Assembly (NCBI GenBank): GCA_051294905.1
Contig: CM119371.1
Coordinates: 28,398,001-28,462,000, forward strand
Direction: 5' to 3'
DNA length: 64,000 nt
Source of the DNA: Botryllus schlosseri
Lineage: Eukaryota
Translations under genes and position numbers: made by a program
Notes under the pieces: generated by a model
Told to the model about the DNA's origin: nothing
What the model saw: only the letters and a program-made list of their open reading frames with translations
Databases searched by the model: none
Shown here: positions 13,380 through 25,300 of the stretch, one piece after another
How the letters are laid out: each line of letters opens with the position of its first letter
Position numbering within the stretch: the stretch's first letter is position 1

Positions 13380-15270
13380 ATGCTCAACCAGTTGTCATTT
13401 AGGACACTTGTTCCCATAATGCGGTGTTGATTGACTGTTGGTATTTTATAAATAAAACTTTTTACTGCGAGTTTTATTAAAATTGAGTGCAACTTTCTCA
13501 CGATTTGAGTGCAACAAAAACTTGCCCTATAGGACTATAGCTATCAGTAACAATAGAGTGCTTGTACCGTAACAGGTTTCATGTGCTAGTTTTTTGTTTG
13601 CGTACTTACTTCAACAAGTTCTACATACTGGAGTATTGAGTAATCTCCTGAAGCGTAGTGTTTTGATGCACTTCAGCGACGCGTTGAAACGCGGTTAATG
13701 GGATTCATAAACAAGATCGGTGTGTGTAGCCCAAAGTAAATTATCCGATTTTATCCTTTTCACGGCGAGCGCTGTTACACCCTAATTTTCGATTTGGCAA
13801 TTGCGACGTGACCTTTGTTCACCGATTTGGTTTGCCTTTCTGTAATGTCTCTTCCCTATTTTCATGAGGGATACACCCGTGGTCAATTGAAAAAAACTTT
13901 TCGGGATACAAAATGGGTTCTCGCTCAAAATTTGTCTAGCTAATTGTAAGCAGGTATGAACGAAGTAGGGATGGTGTGAACCTCTGAAAGGTTTAGGTAC
14001 GTGTGAACGCGAACCTTTTTGAAAGGTTCTGTGTGAACGGGAACGTGAACCTCGTGGCGTAACGTGACGTCACATTGCTAATTCCAACCCTATACTTCAG
14101 TGAAGTGATAGCCTCTATTAATGTACAGTGTACACGATACCTAGCGATGACTCGGGCCACATAATGCCACATTGCTGAAGTAGGCTACATATTGACGTTT
14201 TAAACGTCGCCGAACTAGGACAATCAAATGATATAATCTACCCATAAAATCAATATCTTCCGTCGCTTCGCAAACAATTTCGACGAGAACTTGCTTACGC
14301 TTTACCGGTCTAGGCCAGAATGGACAATGTATTCGGTGTCTGAGTATTGCTACGCTTATATTGAGCAGAGTGTAAAACGGGTGTCTATATACTTGCTACC
14401 GATACCGATATTACCCCATTAACTAGTTATACAGCAGCCACCAACACCCCAATCGCACTGATTTGGTTTTTATGATACGAGAAACATATGAAATCAAGAT
14501 TGACCCCGTACGACTGCTAGATTTTTTTTACATCAGACAAGGATATTAAATTCATTGATTGGTTGAATAAGCATCATTCGCTGACTGCCTACATTTAGTG
14601 CATTTCGCTCTTGATGTTGTGTGATTGCGGGTCAAGCTAACAGTAGAGAGTCACTAAATATTTAGAGCAAACTTTTGCAACAAAGCAAGTAATATTGTTG
14701 AGGTTGGCAAGGTGCATGCCTGTTCGGTGTTGATTGTTTATGATACCAGCGCCATGCATAAAGTGGTACGAAGATGAAATGCAAAGAATTTCTACCAAAG
14801 ATGTAATAATGACGTGAAAATGGTAATCTATGAAAAAGGGTCATAGTGCAGAGCCTACCAAGGTTCGTTTGTGATCGTCAACCTCTAAATTTCTGAGGTT
14901 CACACACAGAACGGGAACATGAACCTCACGTTCAGACCATCCCTAGAACGAAGTCGACTATAATTCACTACAGCGTATTTCTACTAATGCTATCAAATCT
15001 GCGCTGGGTCGGCATCACGTGACCGTAATATTAACGATATCCATAAACAAATATACTCGCCATGGCTTCCCTGCAATTATGGATCGCCAGTGCACTGCAG
15101 ACACCACCAACTAGGGCGCAAAGCTGTGACTTTGTACTTGCAATCATTTACTTCTCTGCACCTGCTATCACTTCCCAAAGTGACAACGATGGTCCAGAAC
15201 AAGTCTTCACTATTTACAATTTATTCAACAAATTATACCAGCACAAAATATCTACTGACCTTTCAAGCTC
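13380..15270 (-). repeat. Inverted duplicate of ~2040-2830
   Basis: Reverse-complement matches (e.g. TGCAACTTTCTCACGATTTGAGTGCAACAAAA); carries the 13966-14945 insertion absent from the first copy. Confidence 0.85.
13966..14945. mobile_element. hAT-like non-autonomous element (TAGGGATGG ends)
   Basis: TIR TAGGGATGGT.TGAAC; TSD GAACGAAG (13958-13965, 14946-14953). Empty site in the paralogous block near 2338-2345; a second copy starts at ~63177 and runs off the window. Confidence 0.85.
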
Positions 15271-15348
15271 GCGGAAGTGACCACAGGCTAAGAGCAACAC
15301 TACGAGCAGGGTGTGTTTGTCTTTGTGGTATTCTTGGTGTTTGTCGAC

Positions 15349-18300
15349 AGTAGTTAGTATGATCGGTCGTGAGGTGGGTGGGGCTCTTATGGGCCCGCTG
15401 GTGACTCGCCGCGAAACTCGTGTTGGTGATTCGCCCTTTTCGACCCCCCCTATCGCTGGTGAGTCGCCATTTGGTCTTATGGTTGCGGCCGTGATTCGCC
15501 CTTTCAGGTATAGGCTGCGTCGGTGACTCGCCGCGAAAACTCGTGTTGGTGACTCGCCTTTTTTACTATAGGCGGTGGCGGTGATTCGCCTGTCATGTAT
15601 TCTTACGCGGTCTCTGGTGACTCGCCATGTGTTCTTATGGGTGCGGTCATGAATCGCCCTTTCAGGTATAGGCTGCGTCGGTGATTCGCCGTGGAAACTC
15701 GTGGTCGTGACTCGCCTTTTTTACTATGGGTGGTGGTGGTGATTCGCCTGTCATGTATTCTTACGGGATCTGTGGTGATTCGCCATGTGTTCTTATGGGT
15801 GCGGTCGTGAATCGCCCTTTCGGGTATAGGCATCTCTCGCCCGGTGTTGAATATGTATCAAGTAAATAGTCATGTGATTGATCCTTAGTTAATGTGTATA
15901 TTCCAAATTATGGCGAGTACGACAATGATATATCGTTATTCTTATGGACGCGGCGATGATTCGTACTTTCGGGTATAGACTGCGGGCGGAATGTCGTACT
16001 TTCAACAAAAAAGGCGTGAAAATAGTTTGCAAAATCTATGAATTACTCTCATGGTAATGTTTGAGTAATTAGATTACCCCAGAGCCGGCGCAGACGGTGA
16101 TTCGAATACCAACAATAACCACGCTCACAAACTAACACTTCAAATAGGTGTGAAATATATAACAAACCCCGCAATCACTGACAAGATAATGTCTCGGACA
16201 TAACCATCTTTCGCGACTTGGTGTTACAGGCATATCGATCACTCACGCGGTGAAATTTTAGTAAGCAGTTTACCACAGAGCCCGCGTAGACGGCGATACC
16301 AACAATAGCCGCGTTCACAAACTAACACTTCAAAAAGGTGCGAAATAGGTTGCAAATCCCACGATCACTCACGAGATAACACCTAAGACAGAGCCAGCCC
16401 TCACCAACTTGTTGTTACATACATTCCAATCGCCACAATGTAATATTTTGATAATCGGTATGTCACAGGAACCGGATTTCACTGGTAAAATTTAATAAGT
16501 AACGGATAACAGAGCCGTCACAGACGATGATTCGAATACCGACAAATTCTCACTTATTTCTGATCCCACCCTAATCCTTTGCGAAGTTGACGCTTAGTCG
16601 AAAAGGTGTGAAATAATTGTAAAACCCTACGTCGCTGACGGGATAATGCATCAGGCATAGCGATCTAGTTATAGCATGGGTCGGAATCCATTCGCGGGAT
16701 GTACTAGGTAAATTGAGATAATCCAAAACCGAATATTTTGACTTTGGCGTAGTGTGAATTGAAATAGGATTGACAGACATGGCTATCAACTTTCCCACAG
16801 TCCCATATTGATATTATACGCACATTGATTCGAAACAAGTAATGGAACATTGCAACTCTATTCGCGATCCGACTTTTCGTTTGTCAAAGCGACATTTTTA
16901 ACATCTTACCATACTCAAAAGAATTATTTACAACATTAACAAGTGTTCAAAATCTAGTTTTCACTTACTTGATTATACCACTGCAACTCACAAATTTGAA
17001 TTAATTCATCCTGGTTGTATTCGTATGATCGGTCTTTTTTATTCAATTGTAAAGGTCGTTACTATTCTGAAGACAAAGTAAGCTATTTACTAATCGACAC
17101 ATAAATGACTTGACATAAACATATTATATTTTGAGTATACGAGATTTGAATGTCTGAACAATAACTGAGAAATAATTTATCACAATAAAATACGTATATT
17201 ACAGCGTAAAAGATGTTTGAATGTCAGCAACTCTGTACGGTCATAGTTACTACCACTAATTTACCCGACCAACTCGTCATGATCATTCCTGAAATCAACA
17301 CAAATATGACCACTGACTTGAGTTAACCACAAAACAGCATCAAGTTTTAAATCCACTTGTAGCTTACGGATTATTTGAATGCTGGTTATGTTTTGTTGTA
17401 ATTGAGTTCACGGAAATAGTATTACGTCTCGACATCTGACCATCTTACCATATTCAAAGAATCAACCACGAAAACATTGTCAAGTAAATCCGTTAACCGA
17501 CCAACTCAACAGTATCAATATGAAAAACAGCCAAACATACACGAATCCATACAAGCACTAAAACCTAAAATCCATAACAAGCCTGGTTGTATTCATATCC
17601 CTACATGTCTTTTTTATTCAACTTGAAAAGTCGTTACTATTCTGTAAGACAAAGAAATTACTATGCGGTATATTTTGTAAGATAAAAGTAATTACTTCTC
17701 GGTGCCCGCGACTTGAGATTAACATAATATGTTTGAGTATGCGAGATTTGAAAGTATGCCCAACATGTTGAGAATTCATTTCTTACAATCGAACGCAGGT
17801 GTTATATTGAAAATTATCATGATGTAAACATAAGGATTGACACATTGATTTGACATATGTAATAGTTGATCATGACTTGACTATTAAATTATTTGCGTTA
17901 ATTAGACCCGGCGTTGTGGTAAAGATTATTGTGACAGCAACAAACTTTTCAGTACCATTGTTATTAACATATTGAGTTGTAAACTATGTGTGTCTAAAAT
18001 GTTCTCGATTGGAAAATTATTCAGCCTTGGTACAAACCACGCAGAGTATTGTGGATATCAGGAAATATTTTACAAATGTCTGCATTAAACAAGACTAAAG
18101 ATGAAACAACAATTTCCTTTGTTGAACAATAACCGGAGCAATACTTTATTGTCGGTGAGAATTGAAACACTTTCGCGCATTACCTGGTGTCAAGATATCA
18201 CACTAGGTGAATTGACATACCACCATTTGATTAATGCTTAATCCGTTCGCATCATTTCACACTCACTTTGATCATTACAAAAGTAAATTGGAATATGTTT

Positions 18301-20569
18301 GCTAGGCACCACCTATTCAACTATACTTGAGTAATACAGAAACCTCTCAGCATTAATAAAATCGAAATGTGCGCTACACTGAAATCTACAAAAATGTGTT
18401 TGTATTGCTGTTCGTAGTAGCGATATCCATTTGAACCTCCATCATCTAACCAAACTACTGAGAGTCGTTGTCAATTTACATGACGTTCACTGATTACATA
18501 CTAGAACTATTTGTGCAGCGCACACGATCAGAGAAATTGGACATTTTTCCATTGCCATTCGTCAAAGTAAATGTCGTCACAATAATCAGTCACTAAAAGA
18601 CCATATACTTGTATGTGATTGAATCGCCGACAATTAACTCGGTAAATCAAACCCCTGAGAAATTTTCACTCAGTCATTGGATAGGAAACAGCGTCGCTTA
18701 ATCGGTGTGAGTCGTTTTTTCTAAATACTAATCATATCTGTCCAGCCAAGAACAATTTTCACTCACTTGGGTAACGAAACCAGTGTCCAATATCAATACA
18801 AGATATTTTCGTCACACAAAAATAATCAACTTCACTCGATATTCCCGTACTACGAAACTGTACAAAGGTTACATGCTTTTGTATGACATGGAATCAATAC
18901 CGATCGAAGTAACCGTATTGGAGATAACTTTTAAACAAACACACTCTACGTGGTTAACATTCTCGTCGATTCTATTGTGATTAATGTATACTTCATGTGA
19001 TCTGGATTCATTTCGATATGGCTAAACATTCAACCTCGACGGATACGAATTGTCACACACTCAAGTAATATCATATCAAATAGTTATTTACAAGACACAG
19101 AAATTTGTTTTGGTCGTTTCGACTTTATTACTGGAGATACTCATCACTTCGCTTAATACAATCTAGATTTAAACTCCATCGAACCTTTGGTGTCTATCGT
19201 TTTGCTGGATACGAATTATGTTAGTCTAAGAGTACACAATTTTCACTATCTTGGGTTATGAACTCAGTGTGTTAGCGATCATTCAATATTTTGTAGTATC
19301 AACTAGCTACTTCGTAGGATACGAATGATCATCCTCACAACTCTTACAAAAGTACGAAGGATATTTACATCACACAAAGTAATCGACTTTACTCGATATC
19401 CTCACACTACGAAACTGAATGGTTATGGTTTGACTCTACAAACTGTTCCGATGTCACAAGAACTTTTTCATACGAATGGTTACGTATCTAAATATTCAAA
19501 TAATCCAACACACGACTATAGCACTTACAGAAATATCATAGTTCTTGTAACAAAGTTGTATAAGTATAATGTTTATCGTAAGTCCTACATAGCCATGATA
19601 TCCGTCCGAGTTTGACTTTTAGAAAACATTATACCGACATCGCGACATCTTTCAAAATTAAAACCACGGTGACTGCTTCAGAGACCTACCAATGAAATTG
19701 CAGTATTACAGTTACTTCCACAAAAGAGTATGTATTCGACTTACTTACCACAAATCTAACGCACAAAACAATTTACTTTACTAACGAGAAGCACCGAGCC
19801 TCACATCAAAACAACTAGAAAGTGGAACTATATATTAAAAAACGTCGCTAACCTTTGTGCGCCAGCTGTAAATCACACAAGCAACATGTTTCAAGATTCT
19901 GGTTATTGAAAAACGTTAAAGTGTTTCTCCTGCACCAAGTCGTTATGTTGACGAAAGCGTATATTGTAATACCATGATCGATTTGCATTCGTTGGTCACA
20001 AACTGTCACTACTCTAAATAATTATTTTTCACTCAAACACAAAAGCATACTTGTCGCCAATCGTTTTCATCAAGCACGAGTTCAAGAAACCTGCTACGAC
20101 ATGAATTGTTATTTTGATGTTGTGTAAATAGGTAATAATTTATTTTAGTAACACTACATCAACATCATCGAGTTGTGCGAATAGATTTACATGTGGTTTT
20201 AATCGAAGTACACAGCACGGTCTAATGTAGATTCATCTCTATTGTACAGCAACTCGGTAATCGAAATGCATTAACATTTAAACAACGATCTTGGTTCGTC
20301 ACGCGAAAAATATCTTTACTGTCGCAACACTCTGATACTCTGCACAAGATGTGTAAATCCTTTTCACACTCATAATAATACACTAACGGGATACCGATGT
20401 CAAGCAACAACGTTTAACAACATCACTGACACTGAACATACGATACCTACCCAAGTAAAAATATCATTTTCACCAGGAGGTCAGTCGTTACTTGTGTACA
20501 ATTACCATTTTCCCTTGGGAGTTTAGCGTTACCCGAGTAACAAAACCATTTTCACTTGGAAATATATGT
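15349..20569 (+). repeat. Left inverted arm (5221 bp)
   Basis: Reverse complement of 22350-27568. Mirrored short ORFs confirm the register (e.g. 19325+23592 = 18783+24134 = 42917, shifting to 42919 after a 2-bp TA indel near 19830). Confidence 0.97.
15400..15831 (+). repeat. Subterminal GC-rich array of GTGA(C/T/G/A)TCGCC motifs in ~158-bp higher-order units (mirrored at 27086-27517)
   Basis: About 14 motif copies spaced ~25-37 bp apart; unit 15491-15649 is repeated at ~15650-15806. Confidence 0.85.
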
Positions 20570-22068
20570 GATTGTGATCAGTCTTTCAGTCACGATCAAT
20601 GGATGTCGCTACTCCCACATAACGACTCCAGATAAATATCATGCAAATGTCGGACTGATATTGTGATCCAATAAGGTATGTTTCTGTGGAATGAAGACTG
20701 CAATCGTACACCACAATAGAACACTACCTCGTGATTTCACACGCAATCATAAAACACACTTTCGTAAGGGTCTAGCTCGTCCGGTGACATTTCGAAACGG
20801 TCATCGCTACAAGAGATCGGGTTGGTCTCGTCATATCGGTAGCATTTTGACACTGTCATCACCACAAGGCTATTGAGGTCGATTCTGTTGGTCATGTCGA
20901 AGAACATGTCAATCCGTTTTAGAATGTACCGTTTTTCAACTCCCCACACTATAGTGTTACGACACAGACAAGAAGCGTCGGTGGAAATGATAAAACACGG
21001 AAGGCATACTTTGGTGTTATTTGATATGGATTTTACACCAGACGAACCTCACATTCGAGCGATGTATTGGAATGGCGATTGTATTATTGATGTCCAGGGA
21101 AAAGAAATGTATCGATTTATCGGTTTCGTACATATCCAACAAAAACCAGGGTATATGATTGTGCATGGTTCGCATATTTGACTGTGATCACAATATTGGT
21201 ATGTACTGTACAGTTCACTTTCACTATCGTGCGAATACCCATGTTACGGTTTCTATGTTTGTGTGTCTGTATGTCATGCTTCAGATTGACTCAGAGTCAT
21301 TGCAATGTGGCTTATTGGTATACCGTTGTTATCGAGTGACATTCGATCTACATCAAAATTACCGGCTATGATAATGTCTGTGGATCGATGTTTGTATACC
21401 AACACATTGCATGCAATGTCACACACCTCCATTTACGCGTATACTGGTGTGGGCAAACAAGCGCGACGTATGTCTGGATGGTATTTTGTCGTGGAAACAC
21501 AGGGTGTAACATGTTTACTTTGAATATTGTTCATTGGTTTATCGATTCACAGTTGATATCCGGATCCGGTTACGTACTTTATCAGGGTTTCCGATTTCAA
21601 ACTGAATGTCGAGACATACATTGACCAATAAAGACACAATATAGTAAACATGTGGGAGGAAAACTCGACCTGGAGTTGGGTGACATAAATCCAACCGTTT
21701 TCCGAGCACCGTTATCCACATACCAATCATCGTCAAGGAGGTGTTTTATTCAGACATTTTGACTCTGGAAAATCCAAAGCACGAACCCGGACATCACGGA
21801 CATATCAGAAACCCCTTTATTCGCCAATTCCGAAAACATACATGTCGATGTACAACAGCACATTGTTATTGTATGTGAGTAACCAATGATTTTGATGAGA
21901 TGCATCAGAGCAAGTGAATATTTGATTACACAAATGTATCGGAGTCGTTGTTGGTGTATATTTTGTCACTGTCTGCTGTAACAATATACAAAAAATATCA
22001 AATTGACCGGTGTAGTTGTCAGTTTTCAAAACGAAAATGGTATTGGTACTCAGGTAAATGATAGTTTT

Positions 22069-22389
22069 CCAAACGAAAAGGGTTTGTTGCCTGGGGAGAA
22101 AAGGGTTTGTTGCTCAGTGAAAATGGTTTGTTGCTCGGGGAAAAAATATATTCCCAAGTGAAAAAGGTTTGTTACCCAGAGAAAAAATATATTTCCAAGT
22201 GAAAAAGGTTTGTTACCAAGAGAAAAAATATATTTCCAAGTGAAAAAGGTTTGTTATCCAGGACAAAAATATATTTCCAAGTGAAAAGGGGTTTGTTACC
22301 CAGGGAAAAAATATATTTCCAAGTGAAAAACGTTTGTTGTTGAGGGAAAACATATATTTCCAAGTGAAAATGGTTTTGTTACTCGGGTA
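22069..22389 (+). repeat. ~41-bp tandem repeat (AAAAAATATATTTCCAAGTGAAAAAGGTTTGTTACCCAGAG), about six copies plus shorter degenerate units
   Basis: Units start near 22141, 22182, 22223, 22265, 22306 and 22347. Confidence 0.9.
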
Positions 22390-25300
22390 ACGCTAAACTC
22401 CCAAGGGAAAATGGTAATTGTACACAAGTAACGACTGACCTCCTGGTGAAAATGATATTTTTACTTGGGTAGGTATCGTATGTTCAGTGTCAGTGATGTT
22501 GTTAAACGTTGTTGCTTGACATCGGTATCCCGTTAGTGTATTATTATGAGTGTGAAAAGGATTTACACATCTTGTGCAGAGTATCAGATTGTTGCGACAG
22601 TAAAGATATTTTTCGCGTGACGAACCAAGATCGTTGTTTAAATGTTAATGCATTTCGATTACCGAGTTGCTGTACAATAGAGATGAATCTACATTAGACC
22701 GTGCTGTGTACTTCGATTAAAACCACATGTAAATCTATTCGCACAACTCGATGATGTTGATGTAGTGTTACTAAAATAAATTATTACCTATTTACACAAC
22801 ATCAAAATAACAATTCATGCCGTAGCAGGTTTCTTGAACTCGTGCTTGATGAAAACGATTGGCGACAAGTATGCTTTTGTGTTTGAGTGAAAAATAATTA
22901 TTTAGAGTAGTGACAGTTTGTGACCAACGAATGCAAATCGATCATGGTATTACAATATACGCTTTCGTCAACATAACGACTTGGTGCAGGAGAAACACTT
23001 TAACGTTTTTCAATAACCAGAATCTTGAAACATGTTGCTTGTGTGATTTACAGCTGGCGCACAAAGGTTAGCGACGTTTTTTAATATAGTTCCACTTTCT
23101 AGTTGTTTTGATGTGAGGCTCGGTGCTTCTCGTTAGTAAAGTAAATTGTTTTGTGCGTTAGATTTGTGGTAAGTAAGTCGAATACATACTCTTTTGTGGA
23201 AGTAACTGTAATACTGCAATTTCATTGGTAGGTCTCTGAAGCAGTCACCGTGGTTTTAATTTTGAAAGATGTCGCGATGTCGGTATAATGTTTTCTAAAA
23301 GTCAAACTCGGACGGATATCATGGCTATGTAGGACTTACGATAAACATTATACTTATACAACTTTGTTACAAGAACTATGATATTTCTGTAAGTGCTATA
23401 GTCGTGTGTTGGATTATTTGAATATTTAGATACGTAACCATTCGTATGAAAAAGTTCTTGTGACATCGGAACAGTTTGTAGAGTCAAACCATAACCATTC
23501 AGTTTCGTAGTGTGAGGATATCGAGTAAAGTCGATTACTTTGTGTGATGTAAATATCCTTCGTACTTTTGTAAGAGTTGTGAGGATGATCATTCGTATCC
23601 TACGAAGTAGCTAGTTGATACTACAAAATATTGAATGATCGCTAACACACTGAGTTCATAACCCAAGATAGTGAAAATTGTGTACTCTTAGACTAACATA
23701 ATTCGTATCCAGCAAAACGATAGACACCAAAGGTTCGATGGAGTTTAAATCTAGATTGTATTAAGCGAAGTGATGAGTATCTCCAGTAATAAAGTCGAAA
23801 CGACCAAAACAAATTTCTGTGTCTTGTAAATAACTATTTGATATGATATTACTTGAGTGTGTGACAATTCGTATCCGTCGAGGTTGAATGTTTAGCCATA
23901 TCGAAATGAATCCAGATCACATGAAGTATACATTAATCACAATAGAATCGACGAGAATGTTAACCACGTAGAGTGTGTTTGTTTAAAAGTTATCTCCAAT
24001 ACGGTTACTTCGATCGGTATTGATTCCATGTCATACAAAAGCATGTAACCTTTGTACAGTTTCGTAGTACGGGAATATCGAGTGAAGTTGATTATTTTTG
24101 TGTGACGAAAATATCTTGTATTGATATTGGACACTGGTTTCGTTACCCAAGTGAGTGAAAATTGTTCTTGGCTGGACAGATATGATTAGTATTTAGAAAA
24201 AACGACTCACACCGATTAAGCGACGCTGTTTCCTATCCAATGACTGAGTGAAAATTTCTCAGGGGTTTGATTTACCGAGTTAATTGTCGGCGATTCAATC
24301 ACATACAAGTATATGGTCTTTTAGTGACTGATTATTGTGACGACATTTACTTTGACGAATGGCAATGGAAAAATGTCCAATTTCTCTGATCGTGTGCGCT
24401 GCACAAATAGTTCTAGTATGTAATCAGTGAACGTCATGTAAATTGACAACGACTCTCAGTAGTTTGGTTAGATGATGGAGGTTCAAATCGATATCGCTAC
24501 TACGAACAGCAATACAAACACATTTTTGTAGATTTCAGTGTAGCGCACATTTCGATTTTATTAATGCTGAGAGGTTTCTGTATTACTCAAGTATAGTTGA
24601 ATAGGTGGTGCCTAGCAAACATATTCCAATTTACTTTTGTAATGATCAAAGTGAGTGTGAAATGATGCGAACGGATTAAGCATTAATCAAATGGTGGTAT
24701 GTCAATTCACCTAGTGTGATATCTTGACACCAGGTAATGCGCGAAAGTGTTTCAATTCTCACCGACAATAAAGTATTGCTCCGGTTATTGTTCAACAAAG
24801 GAAATTGTTGTTTCATCTTTAGTCTTGTTTAATGCAGACATTTGTAAAATATTTCCTGATATCCACAATACTCTGCGTGGTTTGTACCAAGGCTGAATAA
24901 TTTTCCAATCGAGAACATTTTAGACACACATAGTTTACAACTCAATATGTTAATAACAATGGTACTGAAAAGTTTGTTGCTGTCACAATAATCTTTACCA
25001 CAACGCCGGGTCTAATTAACGCAAATAATTTAATAGTCAAGTCATGATCAACTATTACATATGTCAAATCAATGTGTCAATCCTTATGTTTACATCATGA
25101 TAATTTTCAATATAACACCTGCGTTCGATTGTAAGAAATGAATTCTCAACATGTTGGGCATACTTTCAAATCTCGCATACTCAAACATATTATGTTAATC
25201 TCAAGTCGCGGGCACCGAGAAGTAATTACTTTTATCTTACAAAATATACCGCATAGTAATTTCTTTGTCTTACAGAATAGTAACGACTTTTCAAGTTGAA

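Noticed and set aside
15400..15831. Short repeat with variable spacers resembling CRISPR
   Set aside because: The motif is only 10 bp and the intervening sequences themselves repeat in ~158-bp units.
16990..17060. KFELIHPGCIRMIG resembling the start of a Polinton packaging ATPase
   Set aside because: No Walker A GKT follows, and the segment is part of a degenerate direct repeat (copy at ~17582).
18783..19615. Mirrored ORFs in both arms taken as conserved genes
   Set aside because: Their identity follows trivially from arm identity; they are short and derived from internal repeats.
22069..22389. CRISPR-like array
   Set aside because: Head-to-tail ~41-bp units with no unique spacers, no cas genes, eukaryotic context.
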